Shown piece after piece: positions 48,701 to 56,172 of a stretch of 64,000 bases of DNA; the first letter of the stretch is position 1, and every line of letters begins with the position of its first letter. The notes under the pieces were generated by a model. That model worked only from the letters and a program-made list of their open reading frames with translations. It had not been told where the DNA came from and ran no database searches. Position numbers and translations under genes: made by a program. This stretch comes from Phycisphaeraceae bacterium (GTDB lineage Bacteria > Planctomycetota > Phycisphaerae > Phycisphaerales > Phycisphaeraceae): assembly GCA_963674705.1 (NCBI GenBank), contig OY771506.1, positions 3,648,001-3,712,000 on the forward strand, in the 5' to 3' direction.

Positions 48701-49623
48701 GTGAATCATTCACCGGAACCAGCGGCCGTGACGCGGTCATCGCCGGTGCGGGTGATGATGATGTAGCCGGCGAAGGCGGGCCCGACGTGGTCTACACCGG
48801 CGCGGATGATGATTCGATCACCGTGACGGATACCAACTTCGTCCGCATCGACGGCGGCAGCGGTTTCGATACGCTCAACCTCGACGGCAGCGGCATCAGC
48901 CTCGACCTGACCGCTCTCGCCGATTCGGCGCTGACTGAGATCGAACAGATCGACATCCGCGGCACGGGCGACAACACCCTGACGCTCGACGTCATGGAAG
49001 TCTTGAACATGTCCGGCGCCAGCAACACGCTGCTCGTGCTCGCCGACAGCGGCGACACCGTCAACATGGGCAGCGGCTGGACCTCCGCCGGCACGGAAAG
49101 CATCGATGGCAAGACCTTCGATGTCTACACCCAAGGCAACGCGACCCTCAAGGTCTACACCGAGGCCGGCACCGCCATCGACGGCGACCTCAACGGCGAC
49201 GGCTTCGTCGGCCTCGACGACCTGGACCTCGTCCTGGGCAACTGGAACCAGAACGTCACCCCGGGCGATAAGCTCAGCGGCGATCCGTCGGGCGACGGCT
49301 TCGTCGGCCTGGACGATCTGGACATCGTGCTGGGCAACTGGAACGCCGGCACGCCTGCCGCTGTTGAAGCGACCGCGACCAGCGTCAGCGAAGAAACCGC
49401 TGCAAGCACGCAGGCTCAGCCCGAAACGGTCTCGCTCGTGGATGAAGTCGAAACTTCCACCAGCACCGCTGCCACGTCTGATGACAGCGACGACGCGGCC
49501 GGCTGGAGCTGGATGCACGACAGCGACGCATCACGCTCAGCCTTCGGCGACGCCGATGACGACGCCTCCGACAGCGTCCTGGACATGATGAGTGAAGATT
49601 CAGCCTTGTCCCGCCTCCTCTAA
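42760..49623 (+). CDS. Giant extracellular adhesin-like protein: LEPRxLL-like motif, 2 x 7 FG-GAP repeats, 8 Bap-like Ig repeats, RTX-like segments, dockerin-like module
   Basis: LEALEQRVLLS; 14 (A/I/V)GDxNxDGxxD repeats in two blocks; NNGDGTWTL repeats; C-terminal GDLNGDGFVGLDDLD x2. Start at ATG 42760 with AGGAGA upstream. Confidence 0.9.
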   Translation: MTKSTSSQGSKQRFGSRRAYRRWLKRQQSGVRTMLFSPDTRQGLEALEQRVLLSASPVFELSDLLAANGGDGSEGVVINGVSIDDRAGVSVSSAGDVNGDGYEDMIIGAFRDSPNGVDSGSSYVIFGTANGFNPTLQLSSLNGTTGFKINGIAAGDYSGRSVSSAGDVNNDGYDDLLIGAFYADGSAVDSGQVYVVYGGASFSSTLQLSALNGTNGFTISGVSADDHLGFSVSNAGDVNGDGIDDFILGASDSSPNGAASGTAYVIFGQDGGFGSSFDLTTLNGSNGFAIEGVSADDQLGIEVSGAGDVNGDGIGDLIVGAFLDDTNGGDAGAAYVIFGASSGFSATFDPSTLNGSNGFAILGAAAGDNAGRGVSGAGDFNGDGYADLIIGAPGADGSSADSGSAYVIFGKGTSFSSSINLGSLSGSNGFKLNGIDLDDQVGVSVSSAGDVNGDGLDDLLISADNADPNGNRSGETYVVFGRTSAMSASINLSALSGSDGFVINGINSADRSGLSVSSAGDVNGDGYDDMIIGAFLADPNGSASGQSYLVYGGDFSDAVTEEGSQVSDAITGTTGADVIVAGSGDDIVDSRGGTDVVNAGQGDDEIIIRNLNFTQIDGGRGTDTLTIDGSGISLDLSTFTPTQLKNIEAIDISGGANSVTLTVEDILNLSNSSNTLTITYDILGSVNFGSGWAQQSNETIGNEQHITYTQGNATLILIIKADVIDPVVTIDPLKTDSRSPQLTGTVSDLDPDVDIEVTVDGMAYTATNNGDGTWTLAAGVITPDLADGIYSVTVTGTDSSGNVGSDQTSNELIIDNEDPVVTIDVLETIEVSPVLTGTITDLDPATTISVTVDGVTYDAVNNGDGTWTLDLSAETVVPELAEGTYEVSVTATDTVGHTGSDSTTDELTIDLTDPVITINDPGTVTTASPVLTGTVTDADTEATVRVSIDGVVYEAVNNGDGTWTLDLSDEEIALVLDEGDYEINAAAIDAAGNSAMIDATVTMTVDLAPVVTVDVKTTSDTTPQITGTIDDMDVTAEVLVTVNGTQYTATNNGDGTWTLEDDTITSSLADGVYDVSVQATDSFGNIGTDTTTDELTIDTAAPTVTVDALITNDTRPEITGTVSDAESTVSVTINGTTYTATNNGDGTWTLADNMIGIALAEGIYDVEVTATNLASEVGTDSTTNELEIDLTAPTVAIDTLTSGDSTPTLTGAVNDFDAEVVVNIIGGESYTATNNGDGTWTLEGNTMTEELAVGTYNVLVTATDVAGNSGNNDSNYIGVLEIIDSPFTLTVDTLETNDSTPEITGTIEGDTTGVTITVTINGTEYTGVTIDGNTWTLADGSITSALADGVYEVTATGTNSDPFSIDDSTMNELTIDTTAPTVTVDALTTSDSTPELTGTVDDASATVMVTVNGTEYQATNNGDGTWTLADDTISPALTVGTYDVSVSSEDTLGNSGSDATVDELIIIESTIDVINLADLLAANGGDGSEGFVLNGESANGWAGVSASLAGDINGDGYDDIVIGANITSPISFQDGTVYVIFGSASGFPAEIELSSLDGTNGFRIDAILAGENLGVSVATAGDFNGDGIDDLIIGASHASRNGSQSGSAYVVYGQSTFSASFDLSTLDGTNGFRFDGAAIGDRTGFSVNTAGDINGDGLADVLIGTTKADDGVLIDAGRTYVIYGSTSAMTSVIEVGDLNGTNGFILTGAAAGERAGFSVSSAGDVNGDGYDDIRIGAPGLDSSDAGQTYIVFGQSGSYGTELNLGDLDGTNGFVILGDLAQSFLGYSGSGIGDFNGDGFDDILVSAPASNLGSEAGAAYVIYGHGGSFSASISIADLDGSNGFAILGDAAGDLAGFNVSGVGDVNGDGLDDLLVGVPQASGGGYEQGESYLLFGAATGIGASIDLATLPGNGGIVFNGVASSDHAGRYVSMAGDVNGDGFADFIVAARDADISTNNDAGQIYVVFGQDYLGTATQLGDETSESFTGTSGRDAVIAGAGDDDVAGEGGPDVVYTGADDDSITVTDTNFVRIDGGSGFDTLNLDGSGISLDLTALADSALTEIEQIDIRGTGDNTLTLDVMEVLNMSGASNTLLVLADSGDTVNMGSGWTSAGTESIDGKTFDVYTQGNATLKVYTEAGTAIDGDLNGDGFVGLDDLDLVLGNWNQNVTPGDKLSGDPSGDGFVGLDDLDIVLGNWNAGTPAAVEATATSVSEETAASTQAQPETVSLVDEVETSTSTAATSDDSDDAAGWSWMHDSDASRSAFGDADDDASDSVLDMMSEDSALSRLL

Positions 49624-49658
49624 GGCGGATTCGATTCACGCACTTGGATGGTTCTACC

Positions 49659-49693
49659 CAACCCCCTTTCCTGCACGGAGAGGGGGTTGTTTT
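49659..49693 (+). terminator. Intrinsic terminator after the adhesin gene
   Basis: CAACCCCCTTTCC-TGCAC-GGAGAGGGGGTTG followed by TTTT. Confidence 0.75.
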
Positions 49694-49727
49694 ATGGATG
49701 GGAAATGCAGGCCTGGGGGGGAATGTA

Positions 49728-49882
49728 AATGCACGAATGACGAAAATCGAATGACGAAGGAATGTTCCAATGACCAATTGCTCTCTGGGCGCGGGTCTGC
49801 ACGGCTGTACTCGACGCAGAATATTTGGACATTGGATCATTCGGCATTCTTTCGTCATTCGTGCATTCGATATTCGTGCATT
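49728..49882. repeat. Inverted-repeat element of GAATGAC-like heptamers
   Basis: AATGCACGAATGACGAAA (49728-45) / TTTCGTCATTCGTGCATT (49850-67). Confidence 0.8.
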
Positions 49883-50032
49883 ACATATCCTGTTCACGGG
49901 CTGCGACTTTGAAAAATGGCCATCAGGCCCCGACAGTCGCCTGCTCTGAATATCCCGCCCGGTCTGCTATCATGGGGGCCTTGGCGGGCGGTGGTCGCCC
50001 GGGTTTTGGAAGGCGTACAGGGGTTTTCGATC

Positions 50033-51781
50033 GTGGGATATACGGTACTAGCCAGACGCTACCGCTCAACGAGCTTCGCCGGCGTGATCGGTCAGGAGCC
50101 GATCGCCGGGACGCTGCGCAACGCCATCGAGCAGGGCCGCGTCGCCCACGCCTACCTCTTCACCGGCACACGCGGCGTCGGCAAGACGTCCATGGCCCGG
50201 ATCTTCGCCCGTGCCCTCAACGCCCCGGCCACCGTCGAGGATGCACCGCTTCCGCCCGACGCCGATGCCGACGGCGGGTTCCCCCCGGTCGATGTCCAGG
50301 AACGTATGGCCGCCGCCATCATGCGCGGCGAGGACCTGAACGTCATCGAGATCGACGGCGCAAGTAACCGCGGCGTCGACGAAGCACGTCAGCTCATCGC
50401 CAACGCCGGCCTCTCCCCGACGGGCAACGCCCGGTACAAGGTCTACATCATCGACGAGGTCCACATGCTCACGCGCGAGGCGTTCAACGCCTTGCTCAAG
50501 ACCATGGAGGAGCCGCCGTCGCACGTGAAGTTCATCCTGTGCACGACCGAGCCGCACAAGGTCCCGCCGACGATCCACTCGCGCTGCCAGGCGTTCGACT
50601 TCCGCAATATCCCCACGCCCAAGATCGCCGACCATCTGGCGAACGTCTTGAAGAGTGAAAACGTCGAGGCCGACCATGATGTCGTCTGGCAGATCGCACG
50701 GCTCGCCAACGGCTCGATGCGCGACGGCCTGTCGCTGCTCGATCGCTTGATCGCAACGGGTCAATCCCCGTTGACAGGTGAAGTGCTCGAACAGATGTTC
50801 GGCCTGCCCGATGCCCAACTCATCAACGGCCTCATCGATGCAATCGCAAGCGGGGATGTCAAAGCCTCACTCGAATCGGCTGCGAACCTGATAACCAACG
50901 GCGTGGGCCAGGACCAGATATTCGAGGTCCTGATTGAACGCTTCCGCCAGTTGATGCTCATCAGCGCCTGCGGCGCCGACAGCGACCTGGTCGAACTGTC
51001 CGATGAAGCCAAAACCGAGGCCGCCGAGCAAGCCAAGCAGTTTGATGCAAGTGCGTTGACTTACATGATCGCGCTGTGTGAAAGCGTGCAAAGAAACGGC
51101 AAAGCCAGCGCCACCCCCAGAGCGCTATTAGACGCCACCATCGTAAGATTAGCCCTGGCTGAGAAGATGGCCGACGTCACCGCTGTGTTGAGTGGAAGTA
51201 GTGGGGCGATGACTTCCGGGGGGCAAAAAAAAAAGCTAACTACTAATCCCACGCCGCAGGCGAGCGTGCTTCAGCACGCGGCCCCAACAACACCCCTCAC
51301 ACCCTCAGCATCCTCCCCCCAATCCCCAACCCCCAATCCCCAATCCCCAACCGAAGTCATGGACGCGCTACTCACCCGCGTCGCCACCAAACCCGCGCTC
51401 TCCTGGCTGCGCTTCGTCCAGATCGTCAAGATCGACGAGCAATCCGTCATCATGACCCCCACGCCCGGCCACCGCGAGGTCATGGCCTTCGCCAAAGGCC
51501 AACGCCTCCAGGACCTCGCCAACGACCTCCAACCCATCCTGGGCCGCCGCGTCCGCGTCTCCATGCAACCCCCAGCCAACCCAAACGGCGACCTCACCTC
51601 TTCCGATTCCCCCACACCCAACACCCCAAACCCCACCCCCGGTTCCCCCGGCCCCTCCGGAGCCTCCGCCGCCCGCCGCGCCGCGATGGATTTGCCATTA
51701 GTCAAACAAGTGATGGATGTGTTTCCGGACGCGGTTTTGTTTGAGGTGAGGGATGAAGATAGTGTTAGTAAACCACAGTAA
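50033..51781 (+). CDS. dnaX: DNA polymerase III subunit gamma/tau
   Basis: YTVLARRYR, HAYLFTGTRGVGKT, EIDGASNRGVD, IIDEVHML, NALLKTMEEPP, TIHSRC, GSMRD. Start set to GTG 50033. Confidence 0.96.
   Translation: MGYTVLARRYRSTSFAGVIGQEPIAGTLRNAIEQGRVAHAYLFTGTRGVGKTSMARIFARALNAPATVEDAPLPPDADADGGFPPVDVQERMAAAIMRGEDLNVIEIDGASNRGVDEARQLIANAGLSPTGNARYKVYIIDEVHMLTREAFNALLKTMEEPPSHVKFILCTTEPHKVPPTIHSRCQAFDFRNIPTPKIADHLANVLKSENVEADHDVVWQIARLANGSMRDGLSLLDRLIATGQSPLTGEVLEQMFGLPDAQLINGLIDAIASGDVKASLESAANLITNGVGQDQIFEVLIERFRQLMLISACGADSDLVELSDEAKTEAAEQAKQFDASALTYMIALCESVQRNGKASATPRALLDATIVRLALAEKMADVTAVLSGSSGAMTSGGQKKKLTTNPTPQASVLQHAAPTTPLTPSASSPQSPTPNPQSPTEVMDALLTRVATKPALSWLRFVQIVKIDEQSVIMTPTPGHREVMAFAKGQRLQDLANDLQPILGRRVRVSMQPPANPNGDLTSSDSPTPNTPNPTPGSPGPSGASAARRAAMDLPLVKQVMDVFPDAVLFEVRDEDSVSKPQ
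51224..51246 (+). other. Candidate programmed frameshift / transcriptional slippage site in dnaX
   Basis: CAA AAA AAA AAG CTA ACT ACT AA: A10 run (51225-34) ending in A_AAA_AAG. Stops TAA at 51237-39 (+1 frame) and 51244-46 (-1 frame). Confidence 0.7.
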
Positions 51782-51852
51782 GAATTAGTATCTTAAACAC
51801 ATTCTTTCTTTTAATATATCGGGGAATATTGCTTATTTTTGAAAGGTAAAGA

Positions 51853-53289
51853 ATGACTTTAGGTTCATTGCTGACAATTATCGGCTTAGTATTGGCAATA
51901 TATTCATTAGCAAGCCCATCTCAACGCAAATCGATAAGTCTATTTGTTCCTCTATGGATTCCGTATACTGCTCTCGGTTTTTCTGGGGTACTGTTAATTG
52001 TGTTAGAACTACTGATTCAATGGGATATCAAATCACCTCTAAGTATATTTCTTCTAGGTACTACTGCATTCACAATTCCATTAGCTGCAATACTGTGGTC
52101 CTTACAGTTATGGCAAAAAGCGATCTTGACAAAGCATTCTGATGCGAAATTCAGAGATTTTATACATAGTTGCATACAAGATGATGCATATAGCGAAGCG
52201 GTTCGTATATTGGATAAGAATAAACAGGCATTGGCTGGAGTTCTCAAAAAGCAAACATTCGACTTAATATTCGATTCAAGATTTGTACGAGCGATGTCAA
52301 ATTCGCAAACGTGGATACACCTAGAACTATTGTCAGATTTTGCCTTATTAGATTCAATTCCAAATTATCACAGTGCGCTAGATAGAACAATTCGCGAGCT
52401 TGCTGTAGCGGAGGATTCCGTGCTTCGAAAAACAGCCATCATGAAAGAAGGGGGTGATGAAACTGTATACCTGAGTGAAAATGACAAGGAATTGATGGGT
52501 AAGACATTTCAGAATGCAAACTGGTATCACAAATGTCGTGCTGGATATCCTCTGGTTATAGTTGCATGGGAGAGAATTAGTTCTGGAATTATGGATGAGA
52601 CATATAATCAAGCTGATGCCCTCTATGGCTCTCGACAAGGAATAAGCACTAGATCTCGTTGCCCAGTATTCATCGCAATGAAAACGATTACACATGCATT
52701 AGAATATGCCATTGAGCAAAATACATGTGAAGAGAGAGATATTCATGAAGACTCTGTTAGTTTGTGGGATATTTTTAAAACGATCTGTGATCGAAGTGTA
52801 TATCAAAAAGAGACTTGGGATGAACCGTTTGGATTTGGCGATTATCCAACTCCGTATGGGTATTTATTAGCGGAAATCTTGTATGACTATAAACGTATAT
52901 GTGATTATGGTCTGAGACTGTGTAATTATGGAAATAAAAGACCAATAAGCTTGTTAGGTCCTGTTATTTATATGTGGGCGCACAGTGTTTTCTATATGTG
53001 TAAAAAATACGAGAGTACATCACAAGAATTGCGAAAAAATAGTGTTGTTAATCTCTTGGAAATGATTGTTGAGAGAAGGCAATTTGAAATTAACGTTGTT
53101 GAAAACAGAGAAGAGGCTGCCGCTTGGACGCGGTTATTTGTTGATAATACTGTTAATGCGATGAGTTCGATTGGCGATGAAATGCGTATATATTTGTCAA
53201 ATATAGTTGACAAAATGGACCCGGGTAAACCGCATATCTTGGCGAATCGTGAATGGTTGGTGGGAGAACTTGGTTTAAATAGCAAATAA
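51853..53289 (+). CDS. AT-rich hypothetical protein with 3 N-terminal TM helices
   Basis: 478-aa intact ORF, strongly AT-rich relative to flanks; GAAAGG upstream. No recognised motif. Confidence 0.75.
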   Translation: MTLGSLLTIIGLVLAIYSLASPSQRKSISLFVPLWIPYTALGFSGVLLIVLELLIQWDIKSPLSIFLLGTTAFTIPLAAILWSLQLWQKAILTKHSDAKFRDFIHSCIQDDAYSEAVRILDKNKQALAGVLKKQTFDLIFDSRFVRAMSNSQTWIHLELLSDFALLDSIPNYHSALDRTIRELAVAEDSVLRKTAIMKEGGDETVYLSENDKELMGKTFQNANWYHKCRAGYPLVIVAWERISSGIMDETYNQADALYGSRQGISTRSRCPVFIAMKTITHALEYAIEQNTCEERDIHEDSVSLWDIFKTICDRSVYQKETWDEPFGFGDYPTPYGYLLAEILYDYKRICDYGLRLCNYGNKRPISLLGPVIYMWAHSVFYMCKKYESTSQELRKNSVVNLLEMIVERRQFEINVVENREEAAAWTRLFVDNTVNAMSSIGDEMRIYLSNIVDKMDPGKPHILANREWLVGELGLNSK

Positions 53290-53324
53290 CATGGGTAGCA
53301 AGTAGCATGGGTTCCCACTTCGTA

Positions 53325-53523
53325 GTAGGGTGCGGTTAAGCGCAGCGCAACCCACCACAGCCACACATTGACTCTATTGGTTTATCAAACCGACCACTTC
53401 AAACGATGGTCAACAATAAAACATCGATAGGATGCGGGCGCCCCGCGCATTTTGTCGATCGCTATACATCCAGTGGCGTACAGTTAACTATGGTGGGTTG
53501 CGCTTCGCTTAACCGCACCCTAC
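53325..53523. repeat. Inverted REP pair (family B, REPIN-like)
   Basis: GTAGGGTGCGGTTAAGCGCAGCGCAACCCACC (53325-56) and GGTGGGTTGCGCTTCGCTTAACCGCACCCTAC (53492-523). Confidence 0.85.
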
Positions 53524-53559
53524 GATACTAAGTGATCCGGTGTTGGACGTGGCGGGGGG

Positions 53560-53727
53560 TATAGCCGCGACCAGTGGTCGCGCTGTATTTTGTGCTGAGA
53601 TGCGGGGGCGCGACCGATGGTCGCGGCTATACAGGGGGAGTGATTGAATACGTAATCAATCCGGCCCTCACCCCGGCCCCCCCGGAAGTCTCCCGCGGGG
53701 AAAGGGGGAGATTTATGATTTATGAAT
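53560..53727. repeat. Further palindromes stacked between convergent genes
   Basis: TATAGCCGCGACCAGTGGTCGCG / CGCGACCGATGGTCGCGGCTATA pair; CCCTCACCCCGGCCC...GGGGAAAGGGGGAG; GATTTAT heptamers overlapping the stop of the next gene. Confidence 0.65.
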
Positions 53728-55011
53728 GGTGGTTTGGCGGCGGAGGGTTAGTAACACTGCCGGGGATAGCAGGATGAGTGTGGTGGGTTCGGGGATGGTT
53801 GTCGAGCTTGCGGGGGTGTTGCTTCCGGGGGGGATACTTCCGGGGGTGGCGTTCCAGTTGTTTAAGATAACGTCGAGGTCGGTCAGGCCGACGTAGCCGT
53901 CGGCGGTGGGGTCGCCTTGGAGGATGTTGCCGGGGGTGACGGTGGTGTTCCAGTTGGCCAGGACGATGTCGAGGTCGTCGAGGCCGACGAAGCCGTCGAG
54001 GTTGAGATCGCCCGGGAGTGTGTAGAGGGTATCGAAGAGCGTGGCGGCGGCTTGCTTGGCGAGCATTTCGTGGGCGGCGGTGGTGGGGTGGACTTCGTCC
54101 CAGAAGAGGTATGTATCGGGGTCGATGCCGGTGAGGTTCATCGCGGGGGTGGTGACGTTGGTGAAGCCGTAGGCGGTGGGATTGCTGATGGCGCTACTGA
54201 TGAGGTTGGCGGCATCGATGCGAAAGAAGGTGGCTGATGCAAGCTGCGTTTCGAGTGAATCGAGCGAGCTGGACAGTACGTTATTGAACTGGGTGCTGCG
54301 TGCATCGAAGGTAGCTTCGCTGGAGGTGCCGTTGTAGCGCGGGGTCTGGCCCAGCAGCGGGAGGTTGACGACCATGAAGTTGCGAGCGCCGGCGTTGTAG
54401 AGTGAGTTGATGTCGGAGACGAGGTCGCCGACGATCGATGTAAAGTTGGTTTGGTTATCGAATAAATTGTTCGCGCCGCCCCAGAGAATGAAAAGCTCAT
54501 CGCCGACGGGGCCGCCGTCGTTGTTGAGGTAGTCGTCTACCTGTTCGTCGATGTCGTTGATGACCCAATGAGTAATATTGAAGGCACTGGCATGTGTGAA
54601 CGCGCCGCCGAAGGCGTAGTCTCTGCCGGAGCTGGTGTTGATGGTGTTGGCGGCGGGGGTGGGCAGTTGCAGTTCGTTTGCGAGGTATTCGACCCAGACC
54701 GGGCCGTTGGAGAATCGGCCGTCGTAGTAGTCGTCCGGGTCCATCGCGAGCGTGCCGAGCTGGTTGTAGGCATTGCCCATGTCCGAGAGGCTGTCGCCGA
54801 AGATGACGAGTTGGCTGAAGGGTTGGGCGGTGGCGGATTGTGTGGCGAGCGCGGCGAGTAAAACGAATGTGATAAAACGAAGCAGCACACTTTGTCGTGT
54901 TGCGATCAAAGTGTGGCACCCATCGTGAGTGTGGTATCTATCGCACCCATCGTGCGTGTGGTATCCATCGCACCCATCGGAAGTAGATTGCGTTGCCGGC
55001 TGTGTTGTCAT
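53713..55011 (-). CDS. Secreted SGNH/GDSL hydrolase with dockerin-like module and PEP-CTERM
   Basis: FGDSLSDMGN, GRFSNGPVW, YAFGGA, WGGANN, FWDEVHPT; GDLNLDGFVGLDDLD plus a second copy; TIPEP-TM-RR; AGGAGG upstream of the ATG. Confidence 0.9.
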   Translation of the reverse strand: MTTQPATQSTSDGCDGYHTHDGCDRYHTHDGCHTLIATRQSVLLRFITFVLLAALATQSATAQPFSQLVIFGDSLSDMGNAYNQLGTLAMDPDDYYDGRFSNGPVWVEYLANELQLPTPAANTINTSSGRDYAFGGAFTHASAFNITHWVINDIDEQVDDYLNNDGGPVGDELFILWGGANNLFDNQTNFTSIVGDLVSDINSLYNAGARNFMVVNLPLLGQTPRYNGTSSEATFDARSTQFNNVLSSSLDSLETQLASATFFRIDAANLISSAISNPTAYGFTNVTTPAMNLTGIDPDTYLFWDEVHPTTAAHEMLAKQAAATLFDTLYTLPGDLNLDGFVGLDDLDIVLANWNTTVTPGNILQGDPTADGYVGLTDLDVILNNWNATPGSIPPGSNTPASSTTIPEPTTLILLSPAVLLTLRRQTTIHKS

Positions 55012-55042
55012 CCCATCCTCCTGACTTGCTGTTATGTACAGC

Positions 55043-56068
55043 TTAGCGTCGGCGGCGGGTGATTCCCAGCATAATCATGCAGACCGCGACAGAAGCGGAA
55101 GCGGGCTCGGGGACGAGGCTTTCGAGCGTGGGGGGTGTTCCCTGGTTCCAGTTGCCGAGGACGAGATCGAGGTCGTCGAGGCCGACGAACATGTCGCCGG
55201 TCGGGTCGGCCCGCGAGTCGACTATAGGGATCTGATAGTTCCAGTTGGCGAGGACGATGTCGAGGTCGTCGAGACCGACGAAGCCGTCGCCGGTGATGTC
55301 GCCGACGGAAGAGTCGCCCGGGAAGACGTACTGGTTCCAGTTAGCGAGGATGATGTCGAGATCGTCTAGGCCGACAAAGCCGTCGCTGGTGATGTCGCCG
55401 ATGTCGACGGGGTCGCCTGTGAAGATGGTTTTGTTCCAGTCGCCGAGGACGATATCGAGATCGGCCAGGCCGACGAAGCCGTCGGAGTCGAGGTCGCCAA
55501 CGATGGGTTCGCCGCCGCCTGTTTCGCGGAGGTCGAATTCACCAGCGACGATGCTGCCCTGGTAGGTGCGGTATCCGCTGGTGGAGGTGACCATCATGGT
55601 CCATGTGCCGTAGGCATCGTCGCTGAGCGTGAATCGGCCGATGGTAAACGTGCCGATGTTGTTTTGCCCGGCACTGAGCCATGTGATGTCGATGTGGTTT
55701 TCAGAAAATTCCTGCACATCGCCGCCGAGGTTGACAGCTTGGCCGGCGATCATGGGTTGCTGGCCGTTACCATCGAGATAGCTGTCGTATTCGAGCTCGG
55801 GAAACGTATCGAAGAGCAGGGGATTTGGCGCGAAGAAGCTGCCGTTGGGGTCCTGGTAGATGCTGCCGCTGGTGAGGGTGGCGAGAATCTGCGCGGTGCC
55901 CCAGGTATCCCCTGCGGTGGTGTTGATGTAGAGGTCCTGCGTGGTGTGGCTTTGAGCGAGCGCAAGTTCGCTATTGATTTCAACGTTCTCGAAGTAAGCT
56001 TGGAGCACAGCCAGCGCATTGGAAGCCGAGAGAGCCATCGCGATTATAAAACAGAGCGTCCGCGTCAT
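55043..56068 (-). CDS. Secreted protein with four dockerin-like repeats and PEP-CTERM
   Basis: Signal peptide ending ALA; four (G/A)DxxxD(G/M)FVGLxDLDx(V/I)LxxWN copies; LVPEP-TM-RRRR. Confidence 0.85.
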   Translation of the reverse strand: MTRTLCFIIAMALSASNALAVLQAYFENVEINSELALAQSHTTQDLYINTTAGDTWGTAQILATLTSGSIYQDPNGSFFAPNPLLFDTFPELEYDSYLDGNGQQPMIAGQAVNLGGDVQEFSENHIDITWLSAGQNNIGTFTIGRFTLSDDAYGTWTMMVTSTSGYRTYQGSIVAGEFDLRETGGGEPIVGDLDSDGFVGLADLDIVLGDWNKTIFTGDPVDIGDITSDGFVGLDDLDIILANWNQYVFPGDSSVGDITGDGFVGLDDLDIVLANWNYQIPIVDSRADPTGDMFVGLDDLDLVLGNWNQGTPPTLESLVPEPASASVAVCMIMLGITRRRR

Positions 56069-56172
56069 GGTTGCGTCCTTCGGTGAAGCTTCGGTTGTCT
56101 CGTGTGTCGGTTCATTTTACCCCGACACGGTTGGTCACATCATTGTCATCGCACATGGATGATAGTGTATTG

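Noticed and set aside
49916..50032. Upstream extension of dnaX in the ORF track (likewise 10532-10723 for flagellin and 14679-14870 for the TPR protein)
   Set aside because: Family homology begins at the downstream starts; the extensions overlap repeats or neighbouring genes.
51225..51234. A10 run as a sequencing error or dnaX pseudogenisation
   Set aside because: The zero frame stays open to a plausible tau C-terminus (PLVKQVMDVFPDA), so the gene is intact.
54916..54979. 27-bp periodic repeat as a mini-CRISPR array
   Set aside because: Units are contiguous tandem copies without unique spacers, and no cas genes are present.
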